32,000 nt of DNA, from contig NC_010814.1 in the NCBI RefSeq assembly GCF_000020385.1, forward strand, positions 3,000,001-3,032,000, given 5' to 3'. The position numbers and the translations under genes are program-made. Below the pieces are notes generated by a model. The model worked only from the letters and a program-made list of their open reading frames with translations. It was not told where the DNA came from and did not search any database. The stretch is from Trichlorobacter lovleyi SZ (lineage in GTDB: Bacteria; Desulfobacterota; Desulfuromonadia; Geobacterales; Pseudopelobacteraceae). This document shows, in pieces, positions 9,302 through 18,359 of the stretch. How positions within the stretch are numbered: position 1 is the stretch's first letter; each line of letters opens with the position of its first letter.

Positions 9302-9949
9302 ATGCAAGGCCTTAAAACAGTAGTATGGCTGTCTGCGCTGCTCGTGCCGATTCAGGCGTGGGCAGCACCCGGCTTTGATCTTGATCTGAAGGAACTGAAA
9401 AAGCCGTCTCCTCCTCCGTCTGTTGCCAGGAAATCAAAGCCTGTTGCCGCAGCAAAAAAGAAGGCATCAGCGACAACAAAACGTTCAGTACAACCAGCGA
9501 CAACGTCACCTGCAGCAGAACCTGCTGTTGTACCGGTGGCGCTGCTCAGCCCGTCTGAGCTGACTCTGAAAGCAGGCGAGCCCTGTCTGCTGGCCGAACG
9601 GATTGCGGTTGCCGCAGCCCGCTCCGTCCCAGCCGCCACCCTGCTGAACGGTCTGGAACTGCACCCGGTGGCAGCGGTCAGTTATGGCGAGGTGTCGGCA
9701 CTGATTACCTGCGGGATTTCAGCTGCAGAGGCCTACACCTATGGCCGCCTGCTTGAGGAGCATCAGGTGGAGCTGGTAAATATCAGGGGGGATGAAACAG
9801 CAGGACAGACCGCCCGCAAGGTCATCGATGCGCTGGCCCTGCCCTATCAGATTGAAACCGACAGCTCGTCAAAGGATGGCGCGCTGACCTATCTGATGCC
9901 GGCATCCAAAGAGCGTCAGCGGCCACTGCGGCTGACCCTGCAACCCTAA
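9302..9949 (+). CDS. Secreted hypothetical protein (signal peptide, Lys/Pro/Ala-rich linker, ~130-aa C-terminal domain)
   Basis: ATG at 9302, with GAAGGGGGA 8 nt upstream. Signal peptide MQGLKTVVWLSALLVPIQAWA/AP. I recognise no family. Confidence 0.6.
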   Translation: MQGLKTVVWLSALLVPIQAWAAPGFDLDLKELKKPSPPPSVARKSKPVAAAKKKASATTKRSVQPATTSPAAEPAVVPVALLSPSELTLKAGEPCLLAERIAVAAARSVPAATLLNGLELHPVAAVSYGEVSALITCGISAAEAYTYGRLLEEHQVELVNIRGDETAGQTARKVIDALALPYQIETDSSSKDGALTYLMPASKERQRPLRLTLQP

Positions 9950-9952
9950 CTG

Positions 9953-10819
9953 TCAGCGCAATCGGCTGCGGGCATTACCGTACTGAAAAAAGGCGATCAG
10001 GTTGAATTCGTCCTTGCCATAGGTCTTGGGAAAGCTCCCCATCGGCCCGATCAGGCGCAGTGTCCTGAACACCTCATCATCAAGAATCCGGCTGCCGGAA
10101 CTTTCCAGCAGCTGCACCTTTACGATCTCACCATTTCTGTTAAAGGTGATCTTGACCGGAGTCACCCCTTCAATCCCCTTTAGTGCTGCTTCCTGCGGAT
10201 AACGCCAAACGCCGTAGACCGCCGTTTCAAAGCGCCTCAGGAACGAGCCGAACTGGATGTCGTCGGTATTCAGAAACCGGGTTGTGCCATCATCAATATC
10301 GTCGGCAAACCGCCGGCGGTAATTTTCCTCCAGTCTGGCCATCCGGCTGGCACTGGGGGCCAGGTTGGGCTGCGGCTTGGTACCGCCTCCGCCGCCTGTT
10401 CCAGCCTGTTGCTGTGGTTTACGACGCAGCAGTTCATTGACAGAACTGCCCGCTTCCGATGGTTTGGCAGGTGCCCCGGTCTGACCGGGGCGTCCCGGCG
10501 ATCCGGCAGACTGTGCCCTGGCTGATTGACGCGGGGGTGGTGTCTTGGCAGGTGGAGTTACCGGCGTTGCAAGCCGGGGAGCTGTTTCTCTTGCTACACG
10601 GCGCCGCTGGTCTGACGGCCGTGCCTTTGGAACCGGTTGCTGGGGAGGAGGAGTCTTGAGCTCCGGCACATCCTGCAGATCAATGAAGGTCGGCTCCGAG
10701 ATCTGCTGGTGCTGCTCTTTTGGCCAGAAATACAACGCTGCAAAGCCTGCCACGTGCAGCACAATTGAAATGAGCAGCAGGTACAGAAACGTCTTTTCCA
10801 CATACTGATCTGACGACAA
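9953..10819 (-). CDS. tonB: Energy transducer TonB (membrane anchor with SxxxH, Pro-rich spacer, TonB C-terminal domain)
   Basis: Anchor LLLISIVLHVAGFAALYF contains S-IVL-H. Pro-rich spacer PPPQQPVP...TPVTPPAKTPPP. C-terminal domain YPQEAALKGIEGVTPVKITFNRNGEIVKVQLLESSG. The start is uncertain: TTG at 10819, or in-frame GTG at 10801. No exbB/exbD nearby. Confidence 0.8.
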   Translation of the reverse strand: MSSDQYVEKTFLYLLLISIVLHVAGFAALYFWPKEQHQQISEPTFIDLQDVPELKTPPPQQPVPKARPSDQRRRVARETAPRLATPVTPPAKTPPPRQSARAQSAGSPGRPGQTGAPAKPSEAGSSVNELLRRKPQQQAGTGGGGGTKPQPNLAPSASRMARLEENYRRRFADDIDDGTTRFLNTDDIQFGSFLRRFETAVYGVWRYPQEAALKGIEGVTPVKITFNRNGEIVKVQLLESSGSRILDDEVFRTLRLIGPMGSFPKTYGKDEFNLIAFFQYGNARSRLR

Positions 10820-10853
10820 CCCTCTGGCCAGGGGTACATCCTCCCGAAAACTG

Positions 10854-10886
10854 GAGAGGGGATGCTTAAAATCCGCATCCCCTCTC
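10854..10886 (-). terminator. Intrinsic terminator / attenuator hairpin between the structured leader and tonB
   Basis: On the minus strand: GAGAGGGGAUGC-ggauuuuaa-GCAUCCCCUCUC (12-bp perfect stem, 9-nt loop), followed by CAGUUUUC. It ends about 35 nt before the tonB start. Confidence 0.55.
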
Positions 10887-10896
10887 GTTGTTTCGT

Positions 10897-11075
10897 CTCT
10901 CCGCTCTGACGTTGACCTTAAAAGGTCCTCTGGCGAGTTCCTTCACAGATGGGTCTCAGTATGCCGCTTCAGGCAAATCCCACATACGGAGGGCAGCACA
11001 CCACGGCAGGGAACGATCCCCGTTTCAACAAGTATTCCGCCCGGGCGCTACAGGTACAACGGGCAGAGCAGAGAG
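10897..11075 (-). ncRNA. Unclassified structured RNA (riboswitch-like or attenuator-like 5' leader of tonB, ~180 nt)
   Basis: 20-bp closing helix: 11075-11064 pairs with 10908-10897 (12 bp, one G-U); 11061-11057 pairs with 10914-10910; 11055-11053 pairs with 10917-10915. Internal 9-bp helix: 11001-10993 pairs with 10967-10959 (two G-U). Bulged hairpin at 11023-11003. All three G-U pairs would be A-C mismatches on the plus strand, so the fold is minus-strand specific. No convincing ORF here. Confidence 0.45.
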
Positions 11076-11092
11076 CAATTGATTACGGTTTT

Positions 11093-11121
11093 ATCCTAGA
11101 CCCAGCAGACATTTTTTTCAA
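11093..11121 (-). promoter_or_regulatory. Sigma70-like promoter candidate for the structured leader and tonB
   Basis: Minus strand TTGAAA (11121-11116), 17-nt spacer, TAGGAT (11098-11093). The predicted start near 11086 is about 10 nt upstream of the closing helix. Confidence 0.35.
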
Positions 11122-11150
11122 GCGCTTTGTTCCGGTAGCGGTGTCTGAAA

Positions 11151-12167
11151 TCAACCGCAACAGCTCAGGCAGTTCCGAAGTTTTTTCAGATCCGCCATCA
11201 AGGCCTCAAAGCCGGGAAAGGTCAGGGATTGAGGGCCGTCGGACAAGGCCTTTTCAGGCTCGGGATGCACCTCTACCAGAACACCGTGGGCACCGGCCAC
11301 CAGGGCAGCCTTGGACATCGGGGTGACCAGGCTCCGTTTGCCGGTGGCATGGGAGGGATCAACCATGACCGGCAGGTGGGTCAGTTCCTTGACCAGCGGT
11401 ACCATGGCCAGGTCAAGGGTGTTGCGGGTGGCGGTCTCAAAGGTGCGGATGCCCCGCTCGCAGAGGATGACCTGGTCATTCCCTTCGGCCAGGATGTATT
11501 CGGCGGCGGCCAGAAATTCTTCAATGGTGGCGCTCATGCCACGCTTCAGCAGGATCGGCTTTCTGATCCTGCCCAGTTCACGCAGCAGGTCAAAGTTCTG
11601 CATGTTGCGGGCACCGACCTGCAGCAGGTCGGCATACTCGGCCACCAGGGCAACGTTGTCGGGGCTCATGACTTCGGTGACGATCGGCAGGCCGGTGGCT
11701 GTACGGGCCTTGGCCAGCAGTTTTAACCCTTCTTCCCGCAGCCCCTGGAAGGTGTGGGGGCCGGTGCGGGGTTTGAAGGCACCGCCCCGCAGCAGGTCTG
11801 CTCCGCACTGTTTGACAAAGCGGGCGGTCTTGAGGATCTGTTCTTCCGACTCAACGGCGCAGGGACCGCCAACCACCACCGGACGCTCTCCCTCGCCGAT
11901 CTTGACGCCGGCCACGTCAACGATGGTGTTGTCCGGGTGAAAGTCACGGGAGACCAGTTTGTACGGCTTGGAGACATGGATCGCCTGTTGTACGCCGGGC
12001 AGGTCGCGGATCGTGCTGTCATCCACATACCCCTTGTTGCCCAGGACGCCGATGGCGGTCCGCTCACCACCGGGAATCGGGGCGGCGGTAAATCCCATCC
12101 CGCTGACTACCTCAATGACCTTGTCTATATCGGCCTGGCTGGCGGTGTGATTCATTACGATCAACAT
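11151..12167 (-). CDS. aroF: 3-deoxy-7-phosphoheptulonate (DAHP) synthase, class I-beta with an N-terminal ferredoxin-like regulatory domain (338 aa)
   Basis: Thermotoga/Bacillus-type DAHPS core ([10 protein letters not shown]..., [33 protein letters not shown]). About 75-aa N-terminal extension. GAGGGGGA lies 4 nt upstream of the ATG. Confidence 0.9.
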   Translation of the reverse strand: MLIVMNHTASQADIDKVIEVVSGMGFTAAPIPGGERTAIGVLGNKGYVDDSTIRDLPGVQQAIHVSKPYKLVSRDFHPDNTIVDVAGVKIGEGERPVVVGGPCAVESEEQILKTARFVKQCGADLLRGGAFKPRTGPHTFQGLREEGLKLLAKARTATGLPIVTEVMSPDNVALVAEYADLLQVGARNMQNFDLLRELGRIRKPILLKRGMSATIEEFLAAAEYILAEGNDQVILCERGIRTFETATRNTLDLAMVPLVKELTHLPVMVDPSHATGKRSLVTPMSKAALVAGAHGVLVEVHPEPEKALSDGPQSLTFPGFEALMADLKKLRNCLSCCG

Positions 12168-12201
12168 TACATCCCCCTCAATCCCCTTTGTGCGAGGAAG
12201 G

Positions 12202-12891
12202 CTATTGCTGCCTGTTTGCCAGTTGCTGCAGGCGATCCATCTGCAGAATGGTCACCTTGCGCCCTTCCAGCTCAATTACACCTTCCTCTTTCAGCTTGCG
12301 GAAGGTACGGGAGACGGTCTCGTTGGCGGTACCCAGCTGGGCGGCCAATTCACCTTTTTTGATCCCCAGTTCCAGGTAGGTGATACCGTTGTAGCTGGTT
12401 GATTTTTCCGCAGCCCGTTTGACCAGAAACGATGCCAGCCGGGAGGCGACATCCGCAAAGGTCAGCTCTTCTATCTGACGGGCAAAACGACGCAGTGAAA
12501 GCGAAAGGGAGACCACCAGATTCAGGGCAAACTGAGGATTTTTCTCCATCAGATTCATAAAACCCTGTCTGGGCAGGAACAACGCCTCGCCTGCTTCAAG
12601 TGCGCGGGATTCAGCCGGATAGCGGCCATCGCCGAAAAATGCTGCCTCGGCAAAGGTTTCCCCTGGCCGGACAAAATGCAGTACCTTTTCCCGGCCATCC
12701 GGTGAGACGCGGCACAGCTTGAGATGCCCTTCCACCAGCAGATAAAAGCCGGTGGCCTCATCACCTTCACTGAACAACGTCTCACCTTTGGCAAAACTGC
12801 GCCGCACCGTAATGGCTGCCAGTGATGCCAGATCAGCGTCGTTCAGACCTGAAAACAGCAGAGAGTTTTTCAGCAGTGGAATCAGTTCCAT
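12202..12891 (-). CDS. Crp/Fnr-family transcriptional regulator (cNMP-binding-like domain plus wHTH; no Cys cluster)
   Basis: 229 aa. Beta-roll effector domain (LFSEGDEATGFYLLVEGHLKL...). C-terminal HTH with recognition helix ...TANETVSRTFRKL (E-x-x-S-R, as in FNR VETISR). No N-terminal Cys motif for an Fe-S sensor. Starts 2 nt after the tkt stop. Confidence 0.85.
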   Translation of the reverse strand: MELIPLLKNSLLFSGLNDADLASLAAITVRRSFAKGETLFSEGDEATGFYLLVEGHLKLCRVSPDGREKVLHFVRPGETFAEAAFFGDGRYPAESRALEAGEALFLPRQGFMNLMEKNPQFALNLVVSLSLSLRRFARQIEELTFADVASRLASFLVKRAAEKSTSYNGITYLELGIKKGELAAQLGTANETVSRTFRKLKEEGVIELEGRKVTILQMDRLQQLANRQQ

Positions 12892-12893
12892 TG

Positions 12894-14891
12894 TTATTTT
12901 AGAAACCCCGCCACCTTGTCAGCTACTTTTGCAGGGGTCAGTCCAAACTGCTCAGCAAGAATCTCCGCCGGTGCGGATGCACCGAACTGTTCCCAACCGA
13001 TGAACAGGCCTTCTTCACCCAGCAGCTTGCCAAAGGATTCACCACGGCCAGCCTCAATAGCCACTCGCTTGACCCCTTTGGGCAGCACCGAGGCACGATA
13101 TTCTGCTGATTGAGCCGTGAAGGTGCCCACATCCGGCATTGAAACCACCCGTGCTGCGATCCCTTTATCCGCCAGTAGCTTGGCAGCATCCATGGCAAGG
13201 GAGACCTCTGAACCGGATGCCATCAGCACCACTGCAGGATTGGCAACATCAGCCAAAACATAGCCCCCCATCAACGGCAGGGACTTGTCAAAACCGGCCG
13301 GCTTCGGCAGCAGCGGCAGCTTCTGGCGGGTCAGAATCAGGGCGGTCGGGCCATTGTGGTACTTGATAGCAGCATACCAGGCCAGGGCGGTCTCATCGGC
13401 ATCGGCCGGACGGATCACCTGCAGACCGGGGATCAGCCGCAGGGAGGCGGTATGCTCGATCGGCTGGTGGGTCGGACCGTCCTCGCCTACAGCATAGGAA
13501 TCATGAGTAAAGATGTAGACCACCTGCTGCTGCATCAGAGCAGACAGGCGTACGGCCGGACGGCAGTAATCGGAGAAGACCAGAAAGGTGGCACCGTAGG
13601 GGATGAAGCAACCGTAGAGTGCCATGGCGTTACAGACCGCCCCCATGGCATGTTCGCGGATGCCGAAGTGCAGGTTACGGCCACCAAAGGCGTCTGCCTG
13701 TACTGAGCCGCCCCCCTTGATATCGCTGTTGTTCGAAGGGGAGAGGTCAGCAGAACCGCCTGCCAGCGCAGGTAACAGGGCTGCAGCCTTCTGCAGTACT
13801 GCACCGGACAGGGAGCGGGTTGCACCATCCTTACCGGCTACGCTAGCCAGCAGTTCTTCAGCCAGGTTCTCAGGTACCTGCTTCTGCCACATGGCATCCC
13901 AGAGGGCCGCCTTGTCCGGATTGGCAACCCGCCAGGCAGCAAAGCCTTGCTGCCATGCATCGTACTCCGACTTCAGCTCTGCAACTCGCTTGGCACACTG
14001 TTCAGCAACATCGGAAGGCACGGTAAACGGTTTTTCACTCCAGCTCAGGTTGGCACGGGTGGCCTCGATCTCATCCTTGCCCAATGGCGAACCGTGGGCA
14101 CCGGAAGAGTCCTGCTTGTTGGGGGCGCCATAGGCGATATGGGTGGTGGCAATGATCAGCGAAGGCTTAGCGGTCTCGGCAATGCCGTTCTGCAGGGCAG
14201 CGGTGACCTGGTCATGGTCATGACCATCCACCTTCTGGATATGCCAGCCGGCTGCCTCAAAACGCTTGGCAACATCCTCGGACCAGGCCAGATTGGTCTT
14301 GCCTTCGATAGTGATGCTGTTGCTGTCATAGAGATAGACCAGGTTACCCAGTTTGAGGTGACCGGCCAGGGCGGCTGCCTCATAGGAAATCCCTTCCTGC
14401 AGGTCGCCATCGCCGACAATCGCAAACACCCGGTGGGTAATCGGTGAAAAATCGGGGGTATTGAACCGCTCGGCAGCCATCTTGGCAGCCAGAGCCATAC
14501 CGACGCCATTGGCCACACCCTGCCCCAGAGGACCGGTGGTCACCTCAACACCGGGGGTATGCCCGAACTCCGGGTGACCGGGAGTCTTGCTGCCCCACTG
14601 CCGGAAGTTTTTCAGCTCTTCCATGGAAAGATCAAACCCGAACATATGCAGCAACGAATAGATCAGCATGGAACCGTGGCCGGCGGAGAGGATGAAACGG
14701 TCACGGTTGGCCCAGGCAGTATCGGCAGGATTGAACTTCAGCACGCCGCCCCAGAGGGCAACCGCCATATCAGCTGAACCCATCGGCAGACCGGGGTGGC
14801 CTGAGTTGGCCTTTTCAACAGCATCAGCAGCAAGAAGACGGATCGTATTGGCGCAGCGCAGAGCCTGCTGGGCAGAAAGCGGGGTGGACAT
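12894..14891 (-). CDS. tkt: Transketolase (665 aa)
   Basis: Classic motifs: SGHPGLPMG, the GDGDLQEG thiamine-diphosphate site, and THDS...[10 protein letters not shown] chose the ATG at 14891 ([12 protein letters not shown]...) because AAGGAG lies 8 nt upstream. The track's 14963 start would overlap thiL. Confidence 0.95.
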   Translation of the reverse strand: MSTPLSAQQALRCANTIRLLAADAVEKANSGHPGLPMGSADMAVALWGGVLKFNPADTAWANRDRFILSAGHGSMLIYSLLHMFGFDLSMEELKNFRQWGSKTPGHPEFGHTPGVEVTTGPLGQGVANGVGMALAAKMAAERFNTPDFSPITHRVFAIVGDGDLQEGISYEAAALAGHLKLGNLVYLYDSNSITIEGKTNLAWSEDVAKRFEAAGWHIQKVDGHDHDQVTAALQNGIAETAKPSLIIATTHIAYGAPNKQDSSGAHGSPLGKDEIEATRANLSWSEKPFTVPSDVAEQCAKRVAELKSEYDAWQQGFAAWRVANPDKAALWDAMWQKQVPENLAEELLASVAGKDGATRSLSGAVLQKAAALLPALAGGSADLSPSNNSDIKGGGSVQADAFGGRNLHFGIREHAMGAVCNAMALYGCFIPYGATFLVFSDYCRPAVRLSALMQQQVVYIFTHDSYAVGEDGPTHQPIEHTASLRLIPGLQVIRPADADETALAWYAAIKYHNGPTALILTRQKLPLLPKPAGFDKSLPLMGGYVLADVANPAVVLMASGSEVSLAMDAAKLLADKGIAARVVSMPDVGTFTAQSAEYRASVLPKGVKRVAIEAGRGESFGKLLGEEGLFIGWEQFGASAPAEILAEQFGLTPAKVADKVAGFLK

Positions 14892-14916
14892 CGGTACAGC
14901 TCCTTTCAAATGAGGG

Positions 14917-15912
14917 TCAAAAATGGGTATAGCCGGAAGCAGATGGCTGGAAGTTTGTTCCATCAGGCAGGATCGCTTGGACCTGTCTTGAGTTGGTCAC
15001 TTTACCAACAACCGTAAGCGGAATGCCAGCAGTTTTTGATATTTTTTGGATAGCCTCACGGTTACAGCGGGGAGCGGTAAAGCAGAGTTCGTAATCCTCA
15101 CCACCGCTTATGACAAGCGGCCAGGGGAAGACAGGCTGCTTGCTGCTGCAGGTATACAAGGCAGGAGAGAGGGGAAGCTGTCCAAGCAGGATCTCGGCAC
15201 CGCAAACGGACTGTTCACAGATATGACCCAGGTCAGCCAGCAGACCGTCGCTGATATCGATCATGGCATTGACCAGACCGGCCTCAGCCAGCTTCAACCC
15301 CAGCTCACAGCGCGGAGTTGGATCAAGCTGACGCAACAAAAGTGGATCATGCGCACCGCCCAACCGGACTCCTTCCATCAGCAGTTTCAACCCCAGGGCC
15401 GAATCTCCCAGAGAACCGCTGACCCAGACATCATCACCGGGCTGCGCCCCACTCCGTTTCAGGATCAGTTCCGGGCGCTGCTCGCCCATGATGGTAACCG
15501 AGATCGTCAGCCCACCCTTTGATCCACAGGTATCACCGCCAGCCAGGATACAGTTGTGTTCAGCCGCCTGTTCAGCCAGACCATCCAGAAAGCCTTCAAT
15601 GGTTTCGAGCGAAAATCCGGCCGGAATAGCCAGAGAGAGAAAGAACCAGCGGGGGATTGCCCCCATACTGGCCAGATCAGACAGGTTGACTGCCAAGGAC
15701 TTGCGTCCCAGCAGCCGTGCCGGGCCAAAACCCGGATCAAAATGAACCCCCTCGGCCAGCAGGTCAGTGGAGACAACCACCTGCCTGCCGGCAGAGGGAG
15801 AGAGCAGCGCGGCATCATCGCCGATTCCCAGCTCAGGCGCAACAGGCTGGGGGAAACGGGCGCGGATATGATCAATCAGACCGAATTCGCCAAGCTCTGC
15901 CAGACCTTTCAC
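14917..15912 (-). CDS. thiL: Thiamine-monophosphate kinase
   Basis: 331 aa with an AIR-synthase-like fold: [10 protein letters not shown]..., [32 protein letters not shown]. The GTG start overlaps the lon stop (GTGA at 15909-15912). Confidence 0.9.
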   Translation of the reverse strand: MKGLAELGEFGLIDHIRARFPQPVAPELGIGDDAALLSPSAGRQVVVSTDLLAEGVHFDPGFGPARLLGRKSLAVNLSDLASMGAIPRWFFLSLAIPAGFSLETIEGFLDGLAEQAAEHNCILAGGDTCGSKGGLTISVTIMGEQRPELILKRSGAQPGDDVWVSGSLGDSALGLKLLMEGVRLGGAHDPLLLRQLDPTPRCELGLKLAEAGLVNAMIDISDGLLADLGHICEQSVCGAEILLGQLPLSPALYTCSSKQPVFPWPLVISGGEDYELCFTAPRCNREAIQKISKTAGIPLTVVGKVTNSRQVQAILPDGTNFQPSASGYTHF

Positions 15913-18359
15913 GCCGAAATTTCTTTACTCGGCCTGACCACCACTTTCGGAGTAGCCGGCTTTGCCTTGCCCTTGGGAGCGGGGATCGGAAACTTCTCAA
16001 GAGCCAGTTTCAGCACCTCGTCGATCTCCTTGACCGGCACAATTTTGACCTTCTTCTGCATCGCCTTCGGGATATCTTCCAGATCTTTCCGGTTCTGCTC
16101 CGGAATGATGACCATCTTCATACCGGCCCGCACAGCGGCCAGGATCTTCTCCTTCAGTCCGCCGATCGGCAGCACCTTGCCACGCAGGGAGATCTCACCG
16201 GTCATGGCCACATCTTTTTTGACCGGTACCTTGGTCAACACCGAGATCAGGGCTGTGGCCATGGCGCAGCCTGCTGAAGGACCGTCCTTGGGCACAGCGC
16301 CGGCAGGGACATGGACATGAATCTCATTTTCCTGGAACCAGTCCGGGTTGATATGGAACTCACTGCCGTGGGAGCGGATATAGGCCAGGGCCGCCTGAAC
16401 CGACTCCTTCATCACGTCACCCAATTGGCCGGTCAGGGCCATCCCCCCCTTGCCTGCCATGGTGGTGGCTTCAATATGCAGCACTTCCCCCCCCACCGAG
16501 GTCCAGGCCAGGCCGTTGACCACGCCGACCTCATTCTTGTCCATCTCATCATCCCGCAGGAACTTGGCAGCCCCCAGGAAGGTGGCCACGGCTGCCGGGG
16601 TGACCCTGATCTGACGCTTGTGCCCTTCAGCAATCTTGCGGGCCACTTTACGGCAGACATTGCCGATTTCCCGCTCCAGATTTCGCAGACCGGCCTCCCG
16701 GGTGTACTTGGCAATGATCTCCTTGAGCGCCTCTTCTTCAAACACGATGTGCTTGGCCTTGAGACCGTTATCCTTCATCTGGCGAGGCACCAGGTAGCGG
16801 ATGGCGATCTCCAGTTTTTCCTCTTCTGTATAACCGGGGATGTTGATCACCTCCATCCGGTCAAAGAGGGCCGAGGGAATCGGGTCACTATGGTTGGCTG
16901 TGGCCACAAACAGCACGTTGGAGAGGTCATAGGGCAGGTTGACGTAGTGATCCGAAAAGGCGTTGTTCTGCTGGGGATCAAGCACCTCCAGCAGGGCAGC
17001 CGAGGGGTCACCCTTGTAGTCGTAACCCAGCTTATCCAGCTCATCCAGCATAAAAACCGGGTTTCTGGTGCCGGCCTGCTTCATCCCCTGAATGATCCGG
17101 CCCGGCAGTGCCCCCAGATAGGTGCGGCGGTGACCACGTATTTCTGCCTCGTCCCGAACGCCGCCAAGGGAGATACGGACAAACTTGCGGTTCAGCGCCC
17201 GGGCAATGGATTTACCCAGCGAGGTCTTGCCCACGCCGGGAGGCCCCACAAAACAGAGGATCGGCCCCTTCATCTGCTTATTGAGCTTGCGTACGGCCAG
17301 AAACTCGAGAATCCGCTCTTTGACCTTGTCCAGATAGGAATGGTCTTCATCCAGGATCTTCTTGGCACGGATAATATCCAGCGAGTCACGGGTGGTCTTT
17401 GACCAGGGGATCTCAATCAGCCAGTCCAGGTAGGTTCGGATCACCCCGGCCTCGCCGGAGTCACCATGCATCCGCTCCAGCCGTCCCAGCTGTTTGAGCG
17501 CCTCTTTTTCAACATTTTCAGGCATCCTGGCGGTTTCAATGGCCTTACGCAGCTCTTCCAGTTCTTCCTTGCCGTCATGGTCGCCAAGCTCCTGCTGAAT
17601 CGCCTTCATCTGTTCACGCAGGTAGTATTCTTTCTGGTTTTTACCCATTTCCTCCCGGGCGGCATTCTGGATTTGGGCCTGTACCGACAGCATCTCGTGT
17701 TCACGGGCCAGCAGATCATTCACCTTGGTCAGACGCCTGACCGGGTCTTCAATCTCAAGCAGCATCTGGGCTTCGGACAGCTTCAGCCCCAGATTGCTGG
17801 CAATCAGATCAGCCATACTGCCGGGGTCGGTAATATTCTCCAGGATTACCATCACCTCGGGCGAGATCTGCTTGCCCAACTCGGCAATCTTGGCCAATTG
17901 CTCCCGCACGGTACGCATCAAGGCTTCGGTCTCAAGATTATCCACTGCTACCGGTTCAACCAGGCGCTCGATCCGCACGGTATGGAACGGCTTGAACTCG
18001 ACAAACTCGGCAATTCTGGCCTTAACCAGCCCCTGCACCAGAATCTTGACCCGTCCGTCCGGCAGCTTCAGCATCCGCATGATCATGGCCACGGTACCGA
18101 CGTTGTAGATCTTGTCCGGTGTGGGATCTTCATCGCCAATATCATGCTGGGTAGCCAGCATAATCATCCGGTCACCGGCCAGGGCCTGATCAACCGCCTT
18201 GATCGACATCTCGCGTCCAACAAAGAGTGGAATGATCATAAAGGGATAAACCACAACATCACGGATCGGCAGCAGCGGCAACAGTTCCGGTATCCGCAGT
18301 TCTTCTTCTGCCACGATGGTGGGTTCGGTAGTTGTATGTTCTTGATCTGACTTACTCAC
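15909..18359 (-). CDS. lon: ATP-dependent Lon protease (LonA, 816 aa)
   Basis: LON N-domain (LPLLPIRDVVVYPFM), Walker A GPPGVGKTS, and protease Ser motif PKDGPSAG. The GTG start sits inside the last hsp20 codons, with AAGGAG 7 nt upstream. Confidence 0.97.
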   Translation of the reverse strand: MSKSDQEHTTTEPTIVAEEELRIPELLPLLPIRDVVVYPFMIIPLFVGREMSIKAVDQALAGDRMIMLATQHDIGDEDPTPDKIYNVGTVAMIMRMLKLPDGRVKILVQGLVKARIAEFVEFKPFHTVRIERLVEPVAVDNLETEALMRTVREQLAKIAELGKQISPEVMVILENITDPGSMADLIASNLGLKLSEAQMLLEIEDPVRRLTKVNDLLAREHEMLSVQAQIQNAAREEMGKNQKEYYLREQMKAIQQELGDHDGKEELEELRKAIETARMPENVEKEALKQLGRLERMHGDSGEAGVIRTYLDWLIEIPWSKTTRDSLDIIRAKKILDEDHSYLDKVKERILEFLAVRKLNKQMKGPILCFVGPPGVGKTSLGKSIARALNRKFVRISLGGVRDEAEIRGHRRTYLGALPGRIIQGMKQAGTRNPVFMLDELDKLGYDYKGDPSAALLEVLDPQQNNAFSDHYVNLPYDLSNVLFVATANHSDPIPSALFDRMEVINIPGYTEEEKLEIAIRYLVPRQMKDNGLKAKHIVFEEEALKEIIAKYTREAGLRNLEREIGNVCRKVARKIAEGHKRQIRVTPAAVATFLGAAKFLRDDEMDKNEVGVVNGLAWTSVGGEVLHIEATTMAGKGGMALTGQLGDVMKESVQAALAYIRSHGSEFHINPDWFQENEIHVHVPAGAVPKDGPSAGCAMATALISVLTKVPVKKDVAMTGEISLRGKVLPIGGLKEKILAAVRAGMKMVIIPEQNRKDLEDIPKAMQKKVKIVPVKEIDEVLKLALEKFPIPAPKGKAKPATPKVVVRPSKEISA

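Noticed and set aside
10897-11075. Assigning the structured RNA to a known class (cobalamin riboswitch, glycine riboswitch, 6S RNA)
   Set aside because: Cobalamin: the motif order is vaguely similar, but the conserved B12 box and the GCCACUG/GGGAAGGC cores are not matched.

Glycine: the CUCUGGCGAG and CAGGCAAA-like strings are on the plus strand and in the wrong order, and the G-U evidence favours the minus strand.

6S: the length and the long closing stem fit, but the interior is multi-branched rather than rod-like with a central bubble. The following terminator plus the absence of a tonB promoter also favours a cis leader.

I left it unclassified rather than name a family.
10949-11326. 125-aa plus-strand ORF spanning the tonB-aroF gap and the aroF 3' end, and the 10594-10878 minus ORF that follows a GGGAGG-ATG
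   Set aside because: The first overlaps aroF antisense and has no SD. The second is out of frame inside tonB and its ATG abuts the GGGAGG with zero spacing. Both products are Cys/Arg/Trp-rich junk.
16487-16494. C8 run (G8 on the coding strand) and a nearby C7 run in lon as phase-variation tracts
   Set aside because: They are shorter than the cheB C10 and lie inside a conserved part of an essential-type protease (SVGGEV), so they are most simply codon usage for Gly-Gly in a GC-rich genome.
16311-17402. 363-aa plus-strand ORF, and similar long ORFs such as 17466-18350 +, 6832-7695 -, 5878-6597 -, 1021-1785 +, 28542-29204 -, 11311-11940 +
   Set aside because: All lie antisense or out of frame inside strongly supported genes (lon, polA, hoxU/Y, the HDOD gene, aroF). 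Their translations are Gly/Arg/Pro/His-rich low-complexity strings typical of GC-rich shadow frames, and none has an SD.
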